A stretch of DNA of 64,000 nucleotides from Basidiobolus meristosporus CBS 931.73 (GCA_002104905.1 MCFE01000117.1:62001-126000), one strand, 5' to 3'; shown: positions 38,760 to 50,145, numbered from the stretch's first letter. Notes: generated by a model from the sequence alone, not told the origin. A program made the numbers and translations.

Positions 38760-41700
38760 AGGATATCCGTGCCGGCAGATGAGGTGTTCTAGAATGAATT
38801 GGGCGGTTGTCTTCTGGTCTTTATTTTGGATGGCTTGGGCTTCTACCCACTTTGAGAAATAATTGGTAGCAATTATTATGTATTGTTCTCCTTTCTTTGT
38901 TTTCATAAAGGGCCCAACAAAGTCAATCCCTGTCTGATAGAAGGGTAGGTCAAGCGGTATTGGTGCAGTTGTTCCTATCTTTTGACTTTGGTTAAATCTT
39001 TTGCAGGTGGAGCATCTTTGTAGTGTATTCACAATGTTGGTTGTCATTTTTTTCCAATAAAATGTCTTTCTTAACATCTTGTATGTTGTTAGAAGGTTAG
39101 CATGTCCTAATGACATATGTCTTTCTTGTATAATTTCTTTGCGGGCAGTTATTGGGGGTACCTCAACTCTTAACTGTCCTTGGAGGAACCATAATTGGTT
39201 TTCTTGTACTTTGTACTGACACCATTTCTTTTGAAAGTCCCTCTTCTGCTTGTTTGTAACAACATGTTTGGGATACTTCCCTCCTCTTTTAAAGCAGATT
39301 ACATCTTTGTAGTCATTGCTGACGCATACTTGGCAAACGGGATAGCGACTGAGGAAGTCTGCATCTTGGTGTTTCTTGCCAGCGCAATGAATTATTTTGA
39401 AGTTGTATTCTTGTAGTTGGAGGGCCCAACATGCTAGTCAACCGGTAAAGTCTTTAGTTTTCATCAGCCAGACCAGTGCGCTGTGGTCCGTTACTCTTGT
39501 GAATCAGCAACCATGTATGTATGTGTGGAGTTGTTTAATTGAATAAACAACAGCCAGACATTCTATCTTGGTAACAGGGTAGTGACGTTTGTGTTTGTTT
39601 AACAAATGGCTCGCGTAACCAATTGGGTGGAATTTGCCGGGTTGGTGGTATTGTCCCAGTATGGCGCCTATACCGGTGAGACTTCCATCACAGTTAATAA
39701 AAAATCTCGCATCCCAATTGGGAAAACATAACACTGGCGGTGACGTCAGGGAATGTTTCAGCTGATTGAATGCTCTCTTTTGAGGCTCCAACCATACAAA
39801 ACACTGGCCTTTTTGCGTCAATTTGTATAGGGGGGCTGCTATTGTTGCAAAGTTTTTGACAAAGCGGCAATAGTAGCCGGCTAATCCTAGGAATCCCAAC
39901 ACTGCATTAATATCCTTTGGTGTGGGTGTATCTTGAACGGCTTTCGGGAGTGAAATAGATGGGTATATTCCATCTGCCAAGATCTTGTGGCCCAGGAACA
40001 ACAATTTTGTATACAGGAAATGGCACTTCTTGAGATGTAGTTTGAGTTGGTTCTTGAGGAGGGCTGTCAGTATATGTTGCACGTTGTGTATATGTTCTTC
40101 TACATTGGGGGAATATATTGTGATGTTGTCCAGATACACAAGAGTGCATTCCCATTGTAGATTTCCTAGCACCTTGTCAATCATCCTTTGGAATGTAGCA
40201 GGGGCATTGCACAAGCCAAAAGGTAGTCAGTTCCATTTGTATAATCCAAACAATGTTATAAAAGCGGTTTTGGGTCAATCTTCCGGGGCTACTTCTACTT
40301 GCCAATACCCGGAGATTAAGTCAAGAGAGCTAAAATATTTAACTCCGATTAATCTGTCCAACAGGTTGCCTATTTGCGGTAGTGGATACACGTCCTTCTG
40401 GGTGACAGCGCTCAATTTTTGGTAGTCAATGCAAAAGCGTCACTTTCCGTCTTTCTTTGGGACTATCACTACGGGGGAGGCCCATGGTGACTGGCTCTCT
40501 GTAATGATATTGTCTTTCAATAAAGTTTCAATTGTCTCTTTGATATAGTCCGTGTCAATTTTTGAGTTCCGATAGGCTTTTTGCTTGATGGGGTATTTGC
40601 CAGTGAGGTGGATTTGGTGATGTACCCCAGGTATATGACCAATTACTTGGTTCTTAGAGAATACTTGGGCAAGCGGGTGTATTCCTTCTAGGAACTTGTC
40701 TTGTAACGCAGGCGGTAGACTGGGGTCCACATCTAGTTTGGGGAGTTCTTCTTCTGGTTCCTTGTTTGTAGGTGGTCCTTGGTTGTTTCTGTTGACTTCC
40801 TCTAGGTTCAACAATGGTACTCCTCTAGGCAATGTCACCGTGTGTTGCCCGTTGTTGACCACTAAGCACTTCAGACTTTGCGTTTCAAATTTTGGTGGTA
40901 TCCATACTTTAGGGATTGAGATTCCTTCTAGTTGCTTGGATGCCTTTGCTGCGGTTATCATTCTTCCGCTTGTCAAATAAGCTATTGGTGTCTCTAATGA
41001 GATCACTATCTCACTGGCGGGTGGTATTTTTATCACCTTTTGTGTGATGATTGGAGACTGCAACGGTTTCACTTCTTCAATTGTCACACTGTTGCTACGC
41101 GCCTTGCTCTCATTGGTGATATGAATCAGTGGGATACTCTCAGTATCCCACCTGAGTTCAGATGCACTGTAAAGTATATCCATCTTATGTTGGATAAACC
41201 AACTCTTGCCAATGAGTAAGTTGTTGGCAGCAACGGGTAGAACCACAACATCTTGGTGTATTATCAGGTTGCCTAGCCGGATGGGGCAATTAGGCTCCAC
41301 GCCTACCATTGTGTCCAGTTGGCCATTTGCTAGCCGTACTCAAATGGTGTTGTTGGGGACTATGTCTAATTTTAGACGTTTTGCTAATGACTCTGACATG
41401 ATCAACATAGAGGATCCTGTGTTGATAAGGGCAAGAATCTCTTTATTCACTATACATACCTTTATGTATGTACCTTTATTTGGTTTTTGCAGGACCGTCT
41501 GGTTGACATGAAGGGTTGTTATCTCCTTCAATCCCTCTATCAGTTCCTTGACTAGAGCCAGGGCAAGTCCCAGTAAATTGGTTATTGGGAGGGTTGCCTT
41601 GGTTTGCTCTAGTACCTTCATTATGGGAAATAGGCCATGGGAAGATGTGCTAGCGTTCTTTGTTTGTTTTAACACTTCTTCCCAAGGCTCATTCCGCACT

Positions 41701-43103
41701 TCTTCACCTAATTCCACGTTCTTTCCTTTTGACGGAACCTCTACTACAGGTTCCTTTGCCTCCTCTCTAGAAGCATCATGTCAACGCTTCTTCTTCCGCA
41801 CTTTGACTGTCCTGACCGGAGGGCTTAGATTGACTGAGTCCTGTTGGCCTCCTGGCAAGGGACTCTGTCTTTTGATGCCTTCTTCTCTTTGGTGTCTGGT
41901 GCAGCTTCTTGTCCATACTGTTTTTCACATTTGTGAGCCTGGTGACCTTTTTCTCCACACACATAACACGGATACTGTTGTTGCCGTTGTTCCATCTGTT
42001 GGGTCAGGGCTTGTACCTGGGTCTTTAGATCTACAACAGCTTCCCAGAGTTTATCACTTTCTTTGGGGACTTCTTGGACATTGTTGATCAAGAGTTCTTG
42101 GACCTTTTGCCGTAATTCTTCTAACTCACGGTCTTTCAGGGAGGCAATTTTTCCTTTCTTACGGGGGATCCCTGTCCTTTGATCATTTGTATCACTATAG
42201 GGTAGCCCCCATAGCAAGATGACCCATTGCACTTGTTTGACCAGCTCTTGCAGCGTTTTACATCCCTGTTGTTCTTTGGATGCCCTACGTCTTATTTTGT
42301 TGTCTAAGCCCATGATGTAATACCTCATGAGCTGTTGTTTGGCAATTTCATCCTTTGGGAGACATCAAACTTGTTGGAGGAACAGCTCAGTGTAGGCTTC
42401 ATAGCTCTCACTGCTTTTCTTCCATGAGGACAGTAGAAGGGCTTTGTAGTGGTACCCTTTGGCATATAGAAAGCGTGTCTTGTAGGCTTCTTCTAGTGCA
42501 TCCCAGTTGTCTTTAACTGCATCTTCCAACCCATAATGCCATCACCATGCTGACCCTTCCATATGTCATGCAAACTCCCTTACTTTCTTATTGTTGTCCC
42601 ATCCTGCATCAACTGCAACTCTCTCAAACTTATTGAACCATTCAAGGGCTTTCTCTCTCTTTCCTTTGTATGTTTTTAGTTTGATTGTAGTAGTCATTAC
42701 CTCACTTGTGCTTATTTCCGCAGAGATGGCACCAAATATGTGGGTTATTACTGACTGTACTTGGTGAGTGGGAGAGCTTGTAGGTCAAGTCAGTACCACT
42801 TGGTTCAGAATAGCTTCCAATAGGAGGTAGTAAGGAAATAAATAATTTTGTCCCAAATCTCCTTGTTCTCTTGCTTGGTTCAATTGGGTAGATATATATC
42901 ACTTGGGGGCTTAGATAATAGACAATCTGTTATAAAATAGGGGTGTGAACACCTTCCTATTATGGTAAGTGTTCTAACTAGATAAGGGCAGGGATAGGAG
43001 GGAGGGTGTGTGGGGGAATCATAGGGAGGATACTGGGGGACTTTGGGTAGGACTCTGGGGAGAACTCTTGGGCAAAGAGTGGGTACTGCATTTAGTACTC
43101 ACA
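38760..43103 (-). mobile_element. Ty3/Gypsy Family 2 element, 3'-truncated in integrase; 5' LTR 42739-43103
   Basis: Knuckle CYVCGEKGHQAHKC; protease INTGSS; SPWASPVVIVPKKDG; YLDNITIYS; GIDFVGP; LTR TGTGAGT...ACCCACA. Confidence 0.93.
42717..42734 (-). promoter_or_regulatory. Primer-binding site of Family 2, tRNA-His type
   Basis: TGGTGCCATCTCTGCGGA 4 nt inside the LTR; first 12 nt complement the ...GAGAUGGCACCA end of yeast tRNA-His as I recall it. Confidence 0.72.
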
Positions 43104-44370
43104 GTAGCTATCCATGTTTGACAGTGATTTAGGCCCAGATACCAGTGAGACTACCATCAGATTATTGCTCTGATATTGTAAGATGGGTGGCAGATTCAGA
43201 TTGATGAGAATTAGTGGCCAGCAGGATTTGTTGACAGAGTACTTGTTTAATGAGATCCCATCAAGTGCTAAGGCAAAGGCATGGTCATACATACCTTCAA
43301 AGTAGCCTCTGCTTCTTAGCTGTTTATAATGTTTGCCATTGAATATATTGGATATGTTTGCACTTGATTGATACTGAGGGCGGTGCTGTATAGCTACGCA
43401 ATATTTGTTGGACTGCATCAGCTTCCTCAGTCAGGGTATTACCAGAATATGTCCAGAGTGTGAACAATGTTTTCCCTCAATGGTGGTGGATTCCTGACAA
43501 CTTGGACACCTTGCAATGGTGGCATTGATGGATGTGAATGCCATGCAACTGTTAACACATGCTGGAATCAGGACAGTCTCTGGATCATATGTTGCTAACC
43601 ACATGATGGTTGTCCACTTGTACCAAGTACATGGTAAGTTACATCCCAGAATGATTTTGGCAAGAAGCAGTAATAAATCCTCAAAGCACCCATTACTGAT
43701 ATTAGTGGAAACATGCCACTTCTCTAGCCACAGTATTATATCATTCACTGGTAGATGGATTACTAGGCTCACTTGGCTCCATAAAGTATCCTTGGCATTT
43801 GTTTCAACAGGTGTTGTCTCATTGCATATTGGGATTTGACCAGGCTCATACATGGTTCTGTTGTTAGGGGAGATAGGCTTGCAATCCATCAGTGAACCTT
43901 CTTTGTCAGAGCTATCACTCTGCATGCCATATTCAGAAGGCTGAGGTGAGCCTAAAGGCATGACAAACTCACCTGACTCAGTTTGCGCAAGGTGACAAAG
44001 ACAGCCAGGTGCAATACTGATGTATTAACTGGCCAGCCAGATAATGTTGGTACAGTAGTCACCAATGAATGGTGAAATATGACTTGGGTGGCAAAACATT
44101 GGCCACATTCCTTGTAGTACTCTCTATGCTGTCTGTGTGCTTCATGGCTGAGCCACTTGCTACAATAGCCACATGGTCTTTTTTCTCTTTGCTTACAGCA
44201 TTGAGTCAAAGTAGTCTTGTCTGTGGGGCAAACAGTTTGACACTCAACAATGTAATGCTATTATATCACTTTTTGGTCAATACTCATGTGAATTTATGAC
44301 AGTCTTTTATTTGAGACATTGCACCTACATGAATGCAAGATTCAATGATGACCCACCATAGTGAGCATTT
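43104..44370 (-). pseudogene. CACTA/EnSpm (tnp2-type) transposase, N-terminal half, interrupted by the Family 2 LTR
   Basis: LALDG..K..SCWPLILINLNLPP..NNLMVVSLVSGPK and ACVNSCMAF..ARCPSC are tnp2-type motifs; the frame runs into the LTR at 43103. Confidence 0.85.
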
Positions 44371-44470
44371 TAAATACAGTTGTGGCACCACATACACACA
44401 TATATGTAACACTATTTCCCCTTTGGTTTGACTCACTTCTATATATATGCTGTTAGAGAATTAAGCAAAG

Positions 44471-45528
44471 TTGTCTGGTTCCCAACCAATCCCCACCGCT
44501 GACTGCAACAGAAGAGTGGTTAGTCAACTGCTTGCTTTGACATTCAGTGCAACAAGCCGGGCTATATCCAAAAAAGGCCATGTTGGCAGTGTGCCCACTG
44601 AAGGTAATAATGCAGGCTCCTCAGGCTCTCAATCAAGTAGGCAATTGAGAACCTCTCTGGAGCCACAAGCTGACTGTTATGCTCAGGCAGATGAGTATGT
44701 AGCAAACACAGTACCCTTAGTTGAAGACCAGCAAGTGGCCATCATGACATCACCACCACCTATATTAGAAAGTATGTTGTCAGCTCATACCAATGCATAA
44801 ATGAAGCAATTGAGTGCAGTGGCTGATAGGATAGATGCTATGGCCCAGGGAAATCAGGCAATAGTCCCAAAACAGAATGAGCAGATAATACATGTAGAGC
44901 AATCAATATCCCAGGTAGAGAAAGCAGTATCTTTGCTGCAAAGAAGTAGCTCAGGTAGCTCAATGTCACAGCCAAGAATTGAGCCATTTCCCAGTGTAAC
45001 AGCATAGGAACACTGTACAGTGTTTGAAGCACAACAACAGTGCACAAAGATAAAGCCCACAGAAAAGCCTATCACAGCATGGGAGGGAGACAATGTGGTG
45101 TTTATGCCAAAGCCCAAAAATCAAAAGACATTGAAGATCTATGAAGCCTTTCAATGCAATATTGAAGAGTGGGCAAATATTCAAGAGGCCATCAGAAGTC
45201 TAACACACCATTGCCTTTAGTCCAGCATACCATGGGCCATCAGGGACTTGAGACCAAGCAGAATGCACTTGACTTATTCCATGAGCATTATCCTGAATTC
45301 AAACAGGCAAACCAGTTTTGGGCCAGCATTGGTATGCTAAGAAAGTATCTTAAGAATAGCAGAAGCTATCAAAGGCAGCAGAACAAGGGTGCCATGGCTA
45401 AAAGCCAGCAGTTTCCTCAAGAGCCTGTTACAAGCAGGGCCAAAAGCTCCAGACAAGTGTCAAAGATATACCTCTTAGTCACAGGACTTAGTACTTGTGA
45501 CAGCCTTTGGATGGGATCATCACAATAA
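44471..45528 (+). pseudogene. Disrupted ORF, probable accessory gene of a DNA transposon
   Basis: Consecutive ORF pieces with a coiled-coil-like stretch and LFHEHYPEFKQANQFWASIGMLRKYLKNSR; CpG-depleted like the surrounding TEs. Confidence 0.45.
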
Positions 45529-45539
45529 CTTTTCATAGG

Positions 45540-46440
45540 GTTACCCCCATTGTGGGATCTAGATGGCTATTTCAGATTGGATCCACCTGCAGGATCAATA
45601 TATTTTTTAGGGACTTAGGCACTTTGAAACCCTCTCAAGAGCAGCTATATTAGACCAAATAGGTACTTTCATTATTGACTATGTAATCCAACAGCATTGG
45701 CAATATTAGGATGTATGGTTATTGAAATATAGATAAAGCATTAAATGACTGACTTTCACATAAGGGTTTGATCAAAATCCCAGCCAATATTCTGCTAGTC
45801 ACAATGATTTTGTACTGAGTTCCTTTGGGATCCATTGGAGTAACAGATGATTGCACTTTTCCATATCATGGTATCTAACAACTTTGGTGAGATATATATA
45901 TTTATTTAGCATAGACTTATTCTTAGGTTGATCAAACCTTAACTCAGCTTCAATGATATAATAATATCACCAAAAGCAAAATGTCAGGCTTCCTTCCTAC
46001 TTGGAGTATATAAGATGTAGCCTTTGTTGAATAGATCTGCTCAAGAGTAATTCAGACTTTTGCAGCTCTCTCTTGAATATAATCCCTCCCTAGAATTGAA
46101 GCTTGGATATGCAAGCATGGAAGACTCTTGGTCTCCTCTGCTTGAGCTTCAAAATTAGCTATTCATGAACAGAAGGATCCCCCACTTCATCAGAAACATT
46201 GCTCCAAGAGTTTCTCACGCAGACTTCTTGTCTATATCTTCCAAAGCTGGTAGTAAATTTCAGCAAGATTTGCAATAGAAGGAAGCATCCTGGATGGAGG
46301 GCTGATTGCAATCTAAATTGACTTGTTGTGGCACTCATAATCTGCCAGAAAGTCAAATGGAGGTTCTGAAAGTGTGAATAGAGATACTCCAAAAGGACTA
46401 CATTCACATGGAGCTTATAATATAATCCAACTGTATCTAA
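45540..46440 (-). pseudogene. Possible C-terminal CACTA transposase relic
   Basis: Broken minus-strand translation with SKLQF.GGII and HFAFGDIIY..YGKVQ resembling CACTA C-terminal segments; many stops. Confidence 0.35.
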
Positions 46441-46499
46441 AAATTTTTGATTATAGTAGAGCACAGGGCTATCATAAAGTAATGCTAGAATGCTTTATA

Positions 46500-47420
46500 T
46501 TTTGTGAAAATTTGCAATTTCACCTAAATGTTCATCTAACTTAGTCACTTAGATTATTACCCACAAATATTAGAGAATACTGACCAAATTCCTTGTTGGG
46601 ATTTACTTGGGATATTTCTCACCAAAAGATCATTCCCTTCAAATACTAGAGAATACTGACCAAATTCCTTGTTGGGATTTACTTAGAATATTCTCACCAA
46701 AATACCAGGTACCCAGAACATGAAAATTCTGAAAGTATTCCAAACAGCCCCAAACTTTGCACACATGTTCTTGGGACCTTTCTAATCCTATTCTTTGTGC
46801 TTGCTATGCCAAGGCCGTGTAAAAGTATAAACATTCCTTATATATGCAATAAATGATTAAGCAAAAGCCACATAATTTACTTGTTCTCCAAATCACTTCC
46901 AATATCTCTAAGACTCTTACAACATTATAGATACTATGAGTAATTAGATTCAAATCCAACTTTTCATGCTAGAACTAAGCACATAGATATTAGACACCAT
47001 TTCATACATGTAGCTATACAGAATAACTTAGCAAAGTTGGTTTACTGCTCTATAGATGAAATGATTGCAGCCACATTTACCAAACCATTGGTGAGTGACA
47101 AATTTGATCATCTTAGGTCACAGTTAGGACTAGTCAGTATGAACATTTAGTTTAGTGGGAGTGTTGCAAACATTTGTAATTCCACCTAAATATTCACCTA
47201 ACTTGGTCACTTAGATCATTACCTACAAATATTAGAGAATACTGACCAAATTCCTTGTTGGGATTTACTTGGGATATTTTCACCAAAACATCAGGTACCC
47301 AGAGCATAAAAATTCTCAAAGCGGTCCAAACAGCCCCAAACTTTGCAAACATGTTCTTGGGCCCTTTCTAAACAGATTTCATTTGTTCTTCATGCCAAGG
47401 CCATGTAAAAGTATAAACAC
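46500..47420 (+). mobile_element. Internally deleted Copia (relic 3 family): LTR ~46500-46924, RNase H tail, PPT, partial LTR from 47162
   Basis: LTRs homologous to 37863-38210; FHARTKHIDIRHHF..FTKPL; PPT AGTGGGAG. Confidence 0.85.
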
Positions 47421-47490
47421 TACTTTGACATCATGTAATAGCGGTATTTATACTTTTTACTTGGTCTTGGCAAAACAAAATGTGGAATGT

Positions 47491-47733
47491 GTTTAGGAAG
47501 GTCCCGAGAACATGCGTTCAAGGTTTAGGACTGTTTGGACAACTTGGAATATTTTCACCAAAACATCAGATACCCAAAACATGAAAATTCCCAAAGTGCA
47601 TCCCAACAAGGAAGCTTGGCAGTATTCTCTAAGATTTGTAGGCAATGATCTAAGTGACCAAGTTTGGTGAATATTTAGGTGGAATTACGAATTTTTACAA
47701 CACTCCCACTCAGCTAAATGTTCATACTGACTA
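47491..47733 (-). repeat. Inverted copy of the Copia PPT and LTR 5' part
   Basis: Reverse complement matches 47131-47373. Confidence 0.88.
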
Positions 47734-47753
47734 TATATATATATATGTATATA
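47732..47753. repeat. (TA)n microsatellite at the edge of the repeat block
   Basis: TATATATATATATATGTATATA. Confidence 0.85.
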
Positions 47754-48042
47754 CATTGCCCTCCCACTCACAATATCTGCGCAACAAGTATGAGCTGAGG
47801 TGCTCTAGGCCGGATGAGCATGGCACCACGGCTTCGTGGGTGCACTCTGCATATTTGATGAATGCTGGACTTCATTGCGGTGTGTACATACATAGTTTGG
47901 TAAGATTACAGTGGGGAAGTGTATAGGGGGATGATCTGAAACCCGGTATGGTGATGGTCGAACCTTCAACTCACTGAATACAAGCACGTTGGTTGCATGC
48001 TGGGCGTGGTTGAAAATGCAGGAATGGCAATGCGGGATCTCC

Positions 48043-49490
48043 TTAGAGCTTTGTCTTTTCTATTAGATCTGCCAATCAAGGGATAGAGAATGGTTAGCAT
48101 ATGGCGAGCTTGATGCCATTGGCTTTGAGCTAGGATACCTTTGAACGTACGAGAGTGACCTTCCCCTCCTCCTCCGCTACCACTGCTCCCAGGACTGGGC
48201 CGAGTTCGAGCAGAAAAACTTGATCGGGGTGCAGCGATACGACTACTCTTTTCGGCCAGTAGAAACTGCAATTGCCGGGCCAAGCTTTGGTACATGTTTC
48301 GAAGGCTCTGTATCTCCTCCTTTGTCTTGAGGCTTTCGGTCATGAAATTGTAGTTCTGCTTCAACTCCAAAGAAGCGATATTGCCGCTGAGGGTTCCGAG
48401 CTCGTCTCTGATCTTCTCATTGTCCATGAGGATATGGTCCTGCGTGGGGATGATTTGCTCTTCCAGCTGTTGAATGTACGATTCGATTTGGTAGAAAGAT
48501 GGGGGAGTCGGCGGTGGATATTGCTCATTAAAAGCCTCTGGATGGCGATAAGGTTGGTTTGCGTTGGAGATCTCCATCTCCTCCCTTGTGGATGCAAGCT
48601 CGTATTGAATGTCATCCAACTCCTTGCGCAGCTTCTGATTTTCAAGCTCCAACAAATTGTACCGATTCTCTTGGAACCTGATAAAACCACTGATCGCTGA
48701 ATATGTGCAATGCTTGAGATGCTGATCATACTCCCGCAAGAATCCACTCCACTCGCATCCGTATCGGACGAACTCACATCTAACCGGCCTCTGTGGGCAT
48801 ACGGTGATGTGTTCGACGAGGTCGGACCTTTTGAAATCCTCGGTGCAAAATTCGCACTTCATTTCCTCCTCTGGACAAGCGTCTTGGTGATCCTACGCTG
48901 AGGTTTAGAAAGCGAATCAGCTAATTCGCCACGGACAAGATAAGTTTACCTTGAACGCGTCGTTCTGGAAGAATTTTCCGCATGTCTGGCACTTCACCAC
49001 TCTGTACCTACAGTCAAGCTTATGCTTCTCCAGATCCTTCTTTAGGACTTTCTCCCGACACTCCTCATGTTGGCACGGCACCGGAATAAAGCTGCAGTCG
49101 TTTTCCAGATGATGCTGGAGGTTCTGCCTCTGAAAAGACTCTTTGCAACCTAGCACTCGATAAGGGCAGAACACTTTAAGCTCATTCACTAGATTCACTA
49201 TGATCTGAACGGCAGGCTGGAGCGCATCAGCAGTCAAATCAGAACGGTCCACCGGACACCAAGACCTGACCGCTAACGCCTGGTCAATGCACGCCCGACA
49301 GAAAGTATGGCTATCAATAAAGTAACATGAGTACGCTACTTGAGAGCGGAAACCCAATCTCGGCGAAAGCAGCGCTCACTTACCCGCATGGAGACGAGGT
49401 GGGGTCGATAAACGGTGAATGGCAGATGCAGCAGACCAGATTCTCGTTGGGCTCCTCTGCGTAGGTCAGATTTAGTAGAAAACTCTCCAT
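48043..49490 (-). CDS. RING finger plus TRAF-type zinc-finger protein with coiled coil (about 4 exons)
   Basis: Spliced N-terminus MESFLLNLTYAEEPNENLVCCICHSPFIDPTSSPCG|HTFCRAC..CPVDR; repeated CxxC..H...C units; predicted last exon LIEKTKL* (last donor ambiguous). Confidence 0.88.
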
Positions 49491-50145
49491 TTGAGTGTCA
49501 ATCATGTTGAAGCCGAAGGTATAACAGACCTGGAATGAATTGTAGGGTTGGATCCGCCGCCCATATATCCCGTGAAATATTTGCTATGAAACAGCGGTCA
49601 TATGTGAATGCTAATCATCTTGAATGCAATTTAACGCTTGACGATCATTGTTGGAATAATCATCCAATTGCTCCTCCGAAATCCGGTGAAATTGGCCAAA
49701 AGCACTGGATTGAACTCACTCCACACCCATGCAGCCTGATTATCATAGGAAATCGTTCAAGCGCACTGAAACATTTGACTTGGGAATCATCTCGGGTTTG
49801 GGCAGGGATTAGATGTGGCATCGGGATTGGGTGGGCGCTTTGATAGGGCGACGGCACTTGTCCACAGGCGTGTCCAGATCGTGAAATGGGATCCCACTAG
49901 AGAGCTTCGACAATCAGTGTACAAGCCCGATGGAATGTTCGAGTCATGTTTGCTAAACCAATTCCAAGCTCTTTATTAGTTGTATTTAAGGTGTCCACAG
50001 ATCTCTCACGCGTTTCTATATATACACAAAGATGTAGTTCAAAAAAGAAACAGAAATGATCCTGTTGAGAAAGCTATGTCAAAAAGCAAGTACAAAAAGT
50101 GTCAACGCTTGTGTTGCTGCGAACGTGGCGATCAGGAGTGTCAGG

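Noticed and set aside
1796-41511. Many ORF-track entries antisense to gag-pol (e.g. MKLATSCSLA..., MLWGCF..., 5563-6099)
   Set aside because: They recur only because the sense-strand TE sequence recurs; they are shadow frames with no independent motifs
44359-44414. CACTA pentamers (44359-44363 minus, 44410 plus, 37723 plus) as true element termini
   Set aside because: Homology between the two copies extends past the pentamer, and no matching TIR or TSD pair was found
47855-47940. Box C/D snoRNA (TTGATGA...CTGA)
   Set aside because: Imperfect C box, no terminal stem, no guide target recognised
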